Assembly: GCA_963749595.1 (NCBI GenBank)
Contig: CAVVNJ010000001.1
Span: 1,376 to 65,375, forward strand
Origin: Candidatus Woesebacteria bacterium
GTDB lineage: Bacteria; Patescibacteriota; Microgenomatia; UBA1400; UBA1396
Reading direction: 5' to 3'
Length of the DNA stretch: 64,000 bases
The position numbers and the translations under genes were made by a program. Below the pieces are notes generated by a model, which did no database searches, was not told the DNA's origin, and was given only the letters and a program-made list of their open reading frames with translations. The number at the start of each line of letters is the position of its first letter. Positions within the stretch are counted from its first letter, which is position 1. Positions 18,407 through 27,984 of this stretch are shown piece after piece.

Positions 18407-19918
18407 TCAGCGATGACTTCGCTGTTTTGGTTTAGTGACGGTCATGGTTTCTGAGGCAATCTGGAAGCCCAGCGGTCCCTTTTTGGTTTCGGTAGGGTGC
18501 GCTTTCTCCCCCTGCAGATGCTTCAGCATCATGGCTTGAGTTACCAAGTCGCGATCGTTGCCGCCGCCAAGCATGGCTTTCTTGGAGGCTTGGCGCTTGG
18601 CCGCCTCCACCGCCACCGCGATACCGGCCTGGCTCATTCCCTCCGATATATCCAAAAGCTCTTTCCAGTTTAATTGATCAAAGACTTTGGCACCTTCCTC
18701 GGCTTCAACACGGGCAAAATAGAAACTGAACAAGGCTTTGCGATCATTGCGCGACGGTAAACCAAAGCTCACTCTCTCATCAAAGCGGCCGGGACGACGC
18801 ATGGCTGAATCGATTTGGTCGGGTTTATTGGTCGCGGCCAAAACCATCAGGTTATCACTCTTTTTTAATCCGTCCAGATAGACCAGCATCACCTGCATCA
18901 CCCGCTGACCAACCTCATGCATCCGATCGTCGCGCGAACCCAGGAACAAATCAAAGTCGTCAAAGAAGATGATGGTAAAAACCCCTGGGGATTGTTTTCT
19001 GGCTTCTTCAAAAACTTCCTTCAGCGCCTGCTCAGCCTCACCGACATACTTGGTAAAAATGTCGGCGGCAATGATTTCCACAAAGCGGCATTTAGCCTCG
19101 TTAGCCGTGGCCTCAGCCATCAGCGATTTTCCGGTTCCGGGCGGTCCTTCCAGCAACAAGCCTTTGGGAATCTTGTAGCCGACTTTCTTCCGCAACACCG
19201 GATCCTTAATCGCCCTTACTAGCACCAGAAAATCATCCTTAATCTCCTGATTGCCAACAATATCAGCGAAAGTCCGACCTCCACCGATAATCTCCGGCTC
19301 TTCAACTTTTGGTTTGGCTTCCGATTCCGGTTTCTTAGCCCTTTTCGGCCCGGTAGCAACTTTCTGATTCTGATTTGGAGCGGGTAACTTAATCTGGAAA
19401 ATTGCCTCCGGCGGCGTCAAATCCTGATTGATGTAAGCGTGCGTCACCACGTCCTGAACAAAGGCCGCTAAATGGTGCAGAGTTTTATGGATCGTGGGCA
19501 CATTGGAGGTACCGATCGCCACGATACGGAATCCTTGGAAACGGGTTGGCTCCAGGGCGAATTTAATCCCGCCCTGGGATGCAAAAACGGCAAAACCATC
19601 TTGGACTTCCAGTTTGTAGAAAGACGAAAGCGTGTTGATCAGCTTATTAACGTTAATCGATGAGCGGCGAGCAAAAAGATTGTTGATCGATACGGTCACC
19701 TGGAACTCGCCAACACCGGGAATCAATTCGGCCTTCATTCGCGTCAGAGGGGATTGATCATCGTAGTATTCATCACCCAGGACAATCGGCACCCCTGCCT
19801 TAATTGCCTCAAGAAACTTTTCGGTCAGATCCACAATCTGAACTCGAAAACCTTGGGGAAGGCGTTCCTTCCGCTCAGATTGTGTCTCTCTGTTAGGTTT
19901 CTCCGGCTGATGCGCCAT
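18407..19918 (-). CDS. AAA+ ATPase paralog with variant Walker B
   Basis: 503 aa with GLLLEGPPGTGKS and IIFFDDFDLF (DD instead of DE), plus ATNKPDQIDSAMRRPGRFD. Same architecture as the downstream paralog, separated from it by a 12-nt gap. Confidence 0.85.
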   Translation of the reverse strand: MAHQPEKPNRETQSERKERLPQGFRVQIVDLTEKFLEAIKAGVPIVLGDEYYDDQSPLTRMKAELIPGVGEFQVTVSINNLFARRSSINVNKLINTLSSFYKLEVQDGFAVFASQGGIKFALEPTRFQGFRIVAIGTSNVPTIHKTLHHLAAFVQDVVTHAYINQDLTPPEAIFQIKLPAPNQNQKVATGPKRAKKPESEAKPKVEEPEIIGGGRTFADIVGNQEIKDDFLVLVRAIKDPVLRKKVGYKIPKGLLLEGPPGTGKSLMAEATANEAKCRFVEIIAADIFTKYVGEAEQALKEVFEEARKQSPGVFTIIFFDDFDLFLGSRDDRMHEVGQRVMQVMLVYLDGLKKSDNLMVLAATNKPDQIDSAMRRPGRFDERVSFGLPSRNDRKALFSFYFARVEAEEGAKVFDQLNWKELLDISEGMSQAGIAVAVEAAKRQASKKAMLGGGNDRDLVTQAMMLKHLQGEKAHPTETKKGPLGFQIASETMTVTKPKQRSHR

Positions 19919-19993
19919 TGGTGTCCTCCGTGTGGGTAAATTGGAAAGAGTTTATCACCGTTGTCAACCCCGTCGATAGGGTAAAATGCGTCC

Positions 19994-20812
19994 ATGGCTA
20001 AATCCCGCTCCCATTCCGAAACTCGCCGCCCTTTTCCAGAGGACGAAACCTCACCCTACGGTCTGTTTGCCATCACTTTTCTCAATCAAGCCGGCGAGGC
20101 GGAGCCAATTTTTAGCGACCAACTGGGTACTCTGGTGAACAAAGTAGTTCAGCGCGCCGGTGAAATCAGAACCGGAGCACAATCCGACGACCTGGTCCTC
20201 ACCAATCGCCGCGGGACTGAAATTTTCAGCTCCCAACTAATCGTTCGTTACCCGTTCCTGCGCCGAATGGTCAATTTAATGATGGTCAAGCACGCGGGTC
20301 AAATTCGTAAAGGCGACGGGGCCGATTACCGCGAACACCCGCTGGAGGTAGCGCACATCTTGGCGCACTTCAATTTTGGAGCCGAGGTCATCGCGGGTGG
20401 TCTGGGACACGATCTGCTTGAGGATACTGAAGCTACCAAGGAGGAAATTTTGGCCGCTAGCACGCCAGAAGTACTGCGAATCATCCGCGCGGTTTCCGAT
20501 GATCGTTCACAAACTGATTGGTGGCAACGCAAGCTCGCGCACATCGAATCAATTCGCCGGGGCGGGGGAAAACCCGTGGCCGTGATGGTAGCGGATCATA
20601 TTTCCAACCTCCGGGCTGCGCTCGATACTTCCTCCAAGGAAGGGGAACAGTTTTGGCTAAAATTCAACGCCGCTAAATCCGATAAGCTACGCTACGAACA
20701 AAAAGCTCTTAACCTGGCGATGAATACTGTGAAAACTCCCGAAATGGCGGCGATGGTAACGGAATTTGCAGGACTGGTTGGCCAACTGGCCAAGATTGTC
20801 GGCAATCGATGA
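19994..20812 (+). CDS. HD-domain protein, SpoT/Mesh1-like (p)ppGpp hydrolase domain
   Basis: 272 aa with HAGQIRKGDGADYREHPLEVAHIL...GLGHDLLEDTEATKEEI. An N-terminal extension of about 100 aa is unassigned. Confidence 0.7.
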   Translation: MAKSRSHSETRRPFPEDETSPYGLFAITFLNQAGEAEPIFSDQLGTLVNKVVQRAGEIRTGAQSDDLVLTNRRGTEIFSSQLIVRYPFLRRMVNLMMVKHAGQIRKGDGADYREHPLEVAHILAHFNFGAEVIAGGLGHDLLEDTEATKEEILAASTPEVLRIIRAVSDDRSQTDWWQRKLAHIESIRRGGGKPVAVMVADHISNLRAALDTSSKEGEQFWLKFNAAKSDKLRYEQKALNLAMNTVKTPEMAAMVTEFAGLVGQLAKIVGNR

Positions 20813-20860
20813 GCTCCCAACCCGACGGTCAATGCAGGTTCCTCATTGATGGCGCAAGTA

Positions 20861-20890
20861 TTGACAAATCGCCAATTCCGCTGCTATAGT
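20861..20890 (+). promoter_or_regulatory. sigma70-like promoter candidate upstream of the HerA-like gene
   Basis: TTGACA (20861-20866), an 18-nt spacer, then TGcTATAGT (-10 at 20885-20890, with an extended -10 TG). Confidence 0.35.
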
Positions 20891-21014
20891 TGTGTTCAGC
20901 AAGTAATTCCTCGTGTGTGGGGTTCCGTAGGTTCCTCGTAAATAGCGCACGGGGTTTTGTTTTTCTTAAGGGAACAAAGGATTTTCCTCGATAATCAACT
21001 TTTCCAAGGGATCC

Positions 21015-22415
21015 TTGTCCTGCCAAATAGGTGAAATATTTGGGGTTCAATCCAAGAAGATTTTTCTCGTTAAGTTGTTCGAAGACAGAAAAAGCATTAA
21101 AAAGTTTGACATTGTTAAATTTAGATATTCGATGCAGGACTCAAGTGATTTTGTAATCATCGGGATTGTTTTTGATACCTATCTGCTTAATCAGGAAAAA
21201 TGGGCTAAAGTTTTACAGCTGAAAGAACCAGAGAATTCAGATGAGAAACTAGACAAAAACGTCGTTTATAAAATAACGGACAGATCAAAATGCAGATCAC
21301 TGAGTGCTGAAATAAAAGTTGACAGGTTTGTAGGTGTTGTTATTGATGGTTCAACCATAGGGAAAATAAAATTTGAGTATTCAAAAAAGACAGACGACCT
21401 ACAGGAGGGTGACCTTCTAGAACTAGAAGTTGGAGAAAAACGATTATTCTATCAAGTGATTAGCGGAACCACTGAAAAAGAGAAACTTGAAGCTAGAAAT
21501 GAAACGGGTTTTATTGACGGTGAAGCCATTCAACTTGGAGAGTGGCAGAGCGATCAATTATCATTTCAAAAATTTGGGTGGGTACCATCTATAAATACAC
21601 CGATATTTAAGGCCGATACATCAGATCTGACTGTTAATAGCTTTGAGTACCCTCAGTATAAACTTGGTGTTATCCCGGGTACCACTTTGCCGTCGGTAGT
21701 CAATTTGAGTGAAGCAGTTAGCCATCATACAGCCATATTAGGCGTTACTGGTTGTGGAAAAACATTTTTAACTCAAGAGATAATTGAAAAGCTTTTACAG
21801 GATACAAGAGTAATATGTATCGATTTTACCGGTGAATGGAAAAAGAAGCTGGATTCTTCTAAATACCAAACAATTAGTAAAGAAGATATAGATACTTATC
21901 TAGCTGGCTCAGATCAAAAAGTAGGTATTTTTGAGCTACCCGCTTTAAGTAACACAACCGATGTATTAAAAGAAACTCAGGGTTTTCTAGAAAAAGTGTT
22001 CAATTACGCAAAAACAAAATACGATGAAAATACACCAGTTAGGGTCGCCCTTATACTGGAAGAGGCGCACACAATTACTCCGGAAACAAGCTTCCTTGGA
22101 GATATGGGTGACTACTCAAACAATAAGGCCTTAGTTAATAAAATGACTCAGGTTGCGCTTCAGGGTAGAAAGTATGGTGTTGGGTTGCTCGTAATAGCTC
22201 AACGAACTGCCAATGTTTCCAAAACAGTCTTAACACAATGTAATACTGTTATTTGTTTTCAGGCATTTGATGAGACAAGCTTTACATTCTTGGGGAATTA
22301 TGTTGGTAAGGATATGGTTCAGGCTTTACCAAACTTGAAGCAGTACCACGCCGTAGTTGCAGGTAAGGCAGTTAAGTCCAACATGCCCATGATTGTTGAC
22401 CTTAAAAGAGAATAA
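21015..22415 (+). CDS. HerA-like (DUF87/FtsK-HerA superfamily) ATPase
   Basis: 466 aa with a TTG start. An N-terminal barrel-like region is followed by ILGVTGCGKTF (Walker A) and VALILEEAH (Walker B). The gene is markedly AT-rich (about 37% GC by sampled lines) against about 50% in the flanks. Confidence 0.8.
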   Translation: MSCQIGEIFGVQSKKIFLVKLFEDRKSIKKFDIVKFRYSMQDSSDFVIIGIVFDTYLLNQEKWAKVLQLKEPENSDEKLDKNVVYKITDRSKCRSLSAEIKVDRFVGVVIDGSTIGKIKFEYSKKTDDLQEGDLLELEVGEKRLFYQVISGTTEKEKLEARNETGFIDGEAIQLGEWQSDQLSFQKFGWVPSINTPIFKADTSDLTVNSFEYPQYKLGVIPGTTLPSVVNLSEAVSHHTAILGVTGCGKTFLTQEIIEKLLQDTRVICIDFTGEWKKKLDSSKYQTISKEDIDTYLAGSDQKVGIFELPALSNTTDVLKETQGFLEKVFNYAKTKYDENTPVRVALILEEAHTITPETSFLGDMGDYSNNKALVNKMTQVALQGRKYGVGLLVIAQRTANVSKTVLTQCNTVICFQAFDETSFTFLGNYVGKDMVQALPNLKQYHAVVAGKAVKSNMPMIVDLKRE

Positions 22416-22517
22416 GATGTTAGTTTCGCCAACATTGTGTGCAAAGTTCACAGCTCGAGCAAAACTAAACATTGTTGGCATTTGTCATTGTTCTGAAATA
22501 CGAAAATTCTAGCACGA

Positions 22518-23228
22518 ATGTATACTCTAATTATGCCCACCAAACTCTCCCGCTCCAAACTCGAACTCTTATTCGACTGCCCCCGCTGTTTCTGGCTCTA
22601 CGCCGGCAAAGCCATCGCCCGTCCTTTCGGGGCCCCCTACACCATCAACAACGCCGTCGACTTCATGCTTAAGAAGGAATTCGATGAACACCGCCAATCC
22701 GGCACCGCCCACTACCTAATCGAACGCGAGGGCATCGACGCCATACCCTTCCTCCATAAAGATATCGACCGGTGGCGCCACAACTTCACCGGCATCCAGC
22801 ACATTCACCAGGAAACCGATTTCCTCGTTTTCGGCGCCGTTGATGACATCTGGGTTGATTCCAATGGCCAGCTCATCGTCGTCGATTACAAAGCCAGCGG
22901 AGCCAAAGAAGGGGAGTTGTATGACTCCTACAAACGTCAGATGGAGATCTACCAGTGGTTGTTGCGCCAAAATGGTTTTGAAGTTCTAGACCGGGGCTAT
23001 TTCGTTTACTGCCGGGTCAATTACCATGAAGGCTTTCACCAGGGTGAGATGAAGTTTGACATCAAGCTGCAGCCCTATGACGGCGACGCTTCTTGGGTGG
23101 AAAATAAAATTCGCGAAGCGCGGCAAGTTCTTGACCACCCCATTCCGACTGCCGCCGAACAGTGCCAGTACTGTCGCTACCGGCAACGGGCCGCTGAATT
23201 CGGTGACCAGCAACAACACCTCTATTGA
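22518..23228 (+). CDS. PD-(D/E)XK nuclease, Cas4/RecB-like with Cys pairs
   Basis: 236 aa with CPRCFW near the N-terminus, GAVDDIWV, VVDYK, QMEIYQWLL and a C-terminal CQYCRY. This is the motif order of Cas4-like nucleases with a 4-Cys cluster. Confidence 0.7.
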   Translation: MYTLIMPTKLSRSKLELLFDCPRCFWLYAGKAIARPFGAPYTINNAVDFMLKKEFDEHRQSGTAHYLIEREGIDAIPFLHKDIDRWRHNFTGIQHIHQETDFLVFGAVDDIWVDSNGQLIVVDYKASGAKEGELYDSYKRQMEIYQWLLRQNGFEVLDRGYFVYCRVNYHEGFHQGEMKFDIKLQPYDGDASWVENKIREARQVLDHPIPTAAEQCQYCRYRQRAAEFGDQQQHLY

Positions 23229-23282
23229 ATTCCCTATTGGACAGAGTAGAATGTACGTTTTGTCGCAGAAAGAAAGACTTAT

Positions 23283-23642
23283 ATGTCCATCATTAGTCGT
23301 GAAAAATTGTTCCATCATTCCAAGGCGTCTCCGCGCGAGGAAATCTTGCAAAAGCTCACCGAACACGGTCAGGCCGTTCCCAGTGACCAACCGGAAGAAA
23401 TAAAGCATTTCCTCGTCCGACTTTACACCGAGGATATAACCTCCGCCTTGCAATACGCTTTGAACTTTCAGATTGACGTTGAGAATTTCTCCCGACTAAA
23501 CCAGCGCATCGTTTCCCAGGCTGGTGGTTATACTCCTGGCGACACCCTGAGTCAACGCGTGGTGGAAGTGCTGATCAAAATTAGTAAAAACCCTGAGCTT
23601 CACCTAAATGAGTTACTGGCCCAGTCAACTGCTCACCGTTAA
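23283..23642 (+). CDS. hypothetical protein
   Basis: 119-aa ORF, helical-looking. No family recognised. Confidence 0.45.
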   Translation: MSIISREKLFHHSKASPREEILQKLTEHGQAVPSDQPEEIKHFLVRLYTEDITSALQYALNFQIDVENFSRLNQRIVSQAGGYTPGDTLSQRVVEVLIKISKNPELHLNELLAQSTAHR

Positions 23643-23699
23643 TTCCGATTGACAGTTTAACCGCCTTGGCGCATCATTCCCCAAAATGGAAAGGTTCAG

Positions 23700-24044
23700 A
23701 TGCTACCTTCGGAATACCGGACTCCCTATGAAGTGGTGACCAATAATGACCACTTGGCCAAAGGAGTCGCTTACTACGTTAAAGAAATTGCCCGGCAGAA
23801 CGGCTTATTGCTCGGCACCGGCGAGAGGAGTCTTTTAGTGACTTCAATCGCCTCGGTGATCAAGCTGCTGAAAAACCATGGGTACTACGCCTACTTGGAA
23901 AGTTCGCAGCAGCTAGGCCTCACCACCGAGGCAAATTTTATTTTTGAAGATCGGGGCGCTGACAAGTCGGCTATCCAAACCAGACTGACACTAATTTCAG
24001 AAGATTATCAGGATCTAAAGTTTTTTGGCCAACCAAACCGCTGA
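23700..24044 (+). CDS. hypothetical protein
   Basis: 114-aa ORF. No family recognised. Confidence 0.45.
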   Translation: MLPSEYRTPYEVVTNNDHLAKGVAYYVKEIARQNGLLLGTGERSLLVTSIASVIKLLKNHGYYAYLESSQQLGLTTEANFIFEDRGADKSAIQTRLTLISEDYQDLKFFGQPNR

Positions 24045-24110
24045 AAAGACGTTAGTCTGATCCAGAAACTCCTGTTCCGGACCGCCAAAATTGGGGTATA
24101 ATAAACTCCC

Positions 24111-25879
24111 ATGGGTGTACATGGGTCTTTTCCTTTTCGATCGCGTGGTAATGGCTCCGGGCCAGCGTATATTTTTGTCTCCGGTGGCGTGTTGTCCTCT
24201 TTGGGCAAGGGCACGACTACGGCCTCTATCGCCCTACTGCTCAAGTCCCGCGGTTACCGCGTTACCATCGTTAAATTTGAAAATTACCTCAACATTGACG
24301 CCGGTCTGATCAACCCGATTGAACATGGTGACGCTTTCCTCTGTGAAGACGGTACCGAAGCCGACATGGATCTGGGAACTTATGAACGTTTTCTCAATCA
24401 GGACATGGGCCGGCACAATTTCGTCACTATGGGCCAAATCTACAAAGCGGTGATTGATCGCGAGCGGGCTTTTGGCTACGGCGGCGAGGACGTGGAAGCT
24501 GTGCCGCACGTTACCGACGAAATCATCCGCCGGATCAACGAAGCCGCGCAGCGGGATAATGCCCAAATCGTTATCGTTGAACTCGGCGGTACCGCCGGCG
24601 AATACCAAAATGCTCTCTACTACGAAGCCTCACGCATTCTGGACTACCAACATGGCGAGCGGGTGATCCACGTCCACGTTTCCTATCTACCTACGCCGGA
24701 ACACATCGGTGAACCAAAAACCAAACCAACCCAATTATCGGTGCGCGCGCTGAATGCTATGGGTGTACAGCCGGACTTTTTAGTGACCCGGGCCACTCAG
24801 CCGATTGACGAACGGCGCCGGGAACGTCTTGGTCTGTTCTGCCATGTGCCGCGTGAACACGTCATCGACAGTCCCGACGTGGAATCGGTTTACGAATTGC
24901 CACTGATTTTCGCTCAACAGGAGTTCGATCTCAAATTACTCAAACAACTTGGCTTGCCAGCCAGAAAGCTTGATCTCAAAGGCTGGGCCCAGTATGCCGC
25001 CAAAGTAAAAGCTCCGAAAAGCAGCGCCGTCCGGATTGGAGTCATTGGAAAATATTTTGCTACCGGGGACTACGAACTGCGCGATTCCTATGCCGCCCTG
25101 CTGGATGCTATCCGCCACGCGGCAATCGCGGAAAACAGTCAGGCCCAGGTCGTCTGGATTAACGCCGAAGAATTGGAAAAAATGTCCGATCCGACTCCGG
25201 TTTTGGAAGGTTTGGACGGAATTATCGTCCCGATCGGTTGGGGAGAGCGCGGCGTGGAAGGTAAAATTCGCGGCATTCAATATGCCCGGGAGAATAAGAT
25301 TCCTTTCTTCGGGCTTTGTTATGGCATGCAACTGGCGGTGGTCGAGTATGCCCGCCATCTTTTAGGCTGGAACGACGCTCACACGACCGAGGTCAATCCG
25401 GATTCCAAACACCCGGTGATCCACATTATTCCGGAACAACAGCGGAACGTGGAAGCCCGGGCTTATGGCGGCACCATGCGGTTGGGTCGCTGGGACTGTT
25501 TCCTCAAGAAAGGAACCATCACCTATGACATCTACCGTCAGAGCAAACAGCTGGAGGATGTAAAAACGGTCGGATTTCGGAACGCCACCGCCACCGCTAT
25601 GAATTCAACGATGCCTATGCCAAGGCTTTGGAAAAAGCCGGTCTAATTATCGCTGGGCGCTCGGCCAAGGAAAATTTCGTCGAGTTTATTGAGTTGCCCG
25701 CTGAAATCCACCCGTTTTTCATCGGCACGCAAGGACATCCGGAATACAAGTCGCGACCGCTGCAGCCCCACCCGTTATTCCGCGCTTTTCTGCTGGCTGC
25801 GATCACACAAAATGCCCACTCCTCAAGCCGAGAGGAATCTGTTATAATTGCTCTCTCGAATAAGGATCTTTATGGCTAA
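24111..25879 (+). CDS. pyrG: CTP synthase, 1-nt frameshift near 25578
   Basis: [15 protein letters not shown], a GATase part with GLCYGMQ, then the sequence changes frame just before [40 protein letters not shown] (track ORF 25628..25879). The start is uncertain: the ATG at 24111 gives a 17-aa extension, and an alternative MAPGQR start would need another indel near 24168. Confidence 0.9.
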
Positions 25880-26217
25880 TAATCTGCAGTACAAAAATTC
25901 CCGCTTCTCCGTCGGTGACATCATTCGTGTCCATCAGATCATCAAGGAAGGCGAGAAAGTCGCGGATCCAGATTTTGGAGGGCGTCTTGATCGCGGTTAG
26001 CAATCGCGAGAGCGGTCAGTCTTTTACCGTCCGCAAAATCGCGGCCAACAGCGTCGGAGTGGAACGTATTCTTCCGGTCAACTCGCCGTTCATTGAAAAG
26101 ATCGAGCTCAAGCAGGCCGGCCAGGTCAAACGCGCCAAGTTGTTCTACCTGCGCAACCGTGTCGGCAAAGCAGCCTCCGCTATCAAGAAAAAAGTCTTGA
26201 CCTCTAAGCAAGTTTAA
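25872..26217 (+). CDS. rplS: 50S ribosomal protein L19, 1-nt insertion near 25960
   Basis: The ATG at 25872 gives [29 protein letters not shown]. The frame then shifts into [58 protein letters not shown] (track ORF 25915..26217). The total length is 346 nt, not a multiple of 3. Confidence 0.85.
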
Positions 26218-26274
26218 ATCGTTCCTTTCCGTTTTCGGTTAGTTTTCTGTCAGGTTTGTATGGCATGGTATTCG

Positions 26275-26646
26275 CATGTCAGACTTCACTTTACCTTCCA
26301 CTCGCGAGCGCGGCCTGGCCGCTGAAGAAGTGGCCGCCCAGTATCTGCTCCGCACCGGGTATCACATTTTAAAACGCAATCTAGCCACCCGGTTTGGCGA
26401 AATTGATATTCTTGCCAAGAAAGGACGGTGAATTTATGGCCGTCGAAGTCCGTTCCCGCCGAAAGCCACGCCGGTGCCGCCGGAGTTGTCGATCAGTCTG
26501 GTCAAGTACCGCCATTTAGTTCGGACCCTACTCAGCCTGCCGTTCCTCCATAATAAGCCTACCCGAATCGACCTGGTGACGGTGGTGAAAGGTGAAGTGA
26601 AACGGCACTACCGGGCGATTGATCCCACCCGCGGCGTTTATGTTTG
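26275..26646 (+). CDS. yraN: YraN-family (UPF0102) endonuclease-like protein, compensated frameshift pair
   Basis: MSDFTLPSTRERGLAAEEVAAQYLLRTGYHILKRNLATRFGEIDILAKK, then an in-frame TGA at 26428. The stretch DGEFMAVEVRSRRK reads only in another frame (from 26424). The original frame resumes by about 26480 (PPELSISLVKYRHL...RIDLVTVV). Confidence 0.7.
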
Positions 26647-27441
26647 AGGCGGCTGACTGCCGGTTTTCATCTGGTTGAGAACCGATTCGGGGACAACCAG
26701 GTACTGCTCCGGCTTTTTTTCTTCCGGTTGGGGCTCGGGAAAATATTTATGGTACAGATAGACCAGTGGCGAATAATAATCACTATCAAGCTGAAAATAA
26801 GCGTGGTAATGACAAAAAGCTTTCTTGCCGGCCGGCAGGAAAGCAAAAACCAGAAAAGAGACAATCGGCAGGGTTAACTGCACCCGGACTACTTCGGACC
26901 GGGTGGTGGGATAAGGGGAGGTGACCAACGAAACGGCTTCCAGAACGAAGATAATCAGCGACTGAAGGAGATTAAGCAGAAAGTGGGGGTGAGTCAGGTC
27001 ATAGCGGCCCAGGAAAACCAGGTTGAACGGTCGCGGCACCTCAGGCAGCCATTCATAGATTAGATGTAGGTCTTCGCCACCCAGGCCGCGCGAAAAAATT
27101 CGCAAGAGAATTAGGGAAATCGCCACTTGAATGGTAAACATAAAACCCTCGGCCAGGAGAATCCGGGGTTTGGAACGCAGTACGCCGCGGATGGCTTTCT
27201 GCAACTGAACCGGATCGTGGGGATGCTTGGTCCGAACCGACTTAATCTCGGTGTCAATTTCCCGCCGCTCTTTCTCGGTTCGAAAGCCCATGAGGGTCGT
27301 CGGCAAGAGCAGTAACCGGATAAAAATGGTTAACAGAATCACGGCCACGCCCATATCGTAGCCGATCGAGGTCTGGCCAACCGCCCAGTACGCCAGAACT
27401 AAGACATTTAAAAAAGGTTGGTAGATGTAGGTGGTAAACAA
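26638..27441 (-). CDS. yidC: membrane insertase YidC/Oxa1 family (short form)
   Basis: 267 aa with multiple TM helices, ILLTIFIRLLLLP, and a LPAG motif near the last TM. The C-terminal roughly 60 aa are atypical. An alternative frame gives a hydrophobic helix, so a compensated frameshift is possible but unproven. Confidence 0.75.
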   Translation of the reverse strand: MFTTYIYQPFLNVLVLAYWAVGQTSIGYDMGVAVILLTIFIRLLLLPTTLMGFRTEKERREIDTEIKSVRTKHPHDPVQLQKAIRGVLRSKPRILLAEGFMFTIQVAISLILLRIFSRGLGGEDLHLIYEWLPEVPRPFNLVFLGRYDLTHPHFLLNLLQSLIIFVLEAVSLVTSPYPTTRSEVVRVQLTLPIVSFLVFAFLPAGKKAFCHYHAYFQLDSDYYSPLVYLYHKYFPEPQPEEKKPEQYLVVPESVLNQMKTGSQPPQT

Positions 27442-27444
27442 GTT

Positions 27445-27984
27445 TTATCCCGATCGTTTCATTGTACCGCGTTGGAGGGCGACCGTGGTAGAGATTTCCG
27501 GATTGTGTTCGTGAACTACCGCCAAGCGCCCGCCGAGCTCTTCGATTATTTGGCGTTTTTCGGTTTGGTGGGGGGTATGGCTGGAGATGGCCAAAACGGT
27601 CGGACGGAGCAAACTAATCAGTGACCGGTGGTGCTGCGGCCGGTCGAAACGCTCCGGCAACACGGCCGCGGCATCAACTACCCCGGAAGCCAATACTTTG
27701 GCCAAACGGACCGATTGCGTTTCGACCGGCCGATCCGGACCCTTCAGCTCGCTGACCCGCGCATTGGACTCCACCCCGACCACTAAAAAATCCCCGGCCG
27801 CTCGCGCCCGTTCCAGAAAGTTCTGGTGCTCGGCATGAAAGAGGTCAAAGACGCCGGAGGCAAAGACGATGCGCTTGCCTTCCTGACGCGCGGCCCGAAC
27901 TTGCTGCCAGACTAGCGGTCCAACGCCGGATTTCGTCCGGGGTCCAATCGATCGGAAAAGTATGCTTGACTAGGGTGCGGGCTC
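27445..27984 (-). CDS. cytidylyltransferase-like nucleotidyltransferase (RfaE-II/TagD-like), frameshift near 27910
   Basis: GKRIVFASGVFDLFHAEHQNFLERARAAGDFLVVGVESNARVSELKGPDRP. There is no ATG in that frame. MVQRARTLVKHTFPIDWTPDEIRRW lies in the adjacent frame, starting at 27984. Confidence 0.6.

Noticed and set aside
22416-22517. Imperfect inverted repeat (GCCAACATTG ... CATTGTTGGC) after the HerA-like gene, considered as a terminator or island end
   Set aside because: It is a 9/10 match with a loop of about 34 nt and no U-tract. That is too weak to call a terminator or a terminal inverted repeat.
26700-26880. Compensated frameshift in the yidC 3' region
   Set aside because: The alternative frame gives a hydrophobic helix (KLFVITTLIFSLIVIII) after the LPAG motif. 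The in-frame reading is also plausible, and T-rich DNA produces hydrophobic shadow frames. I cannot decide between them without an ortholog alignment.
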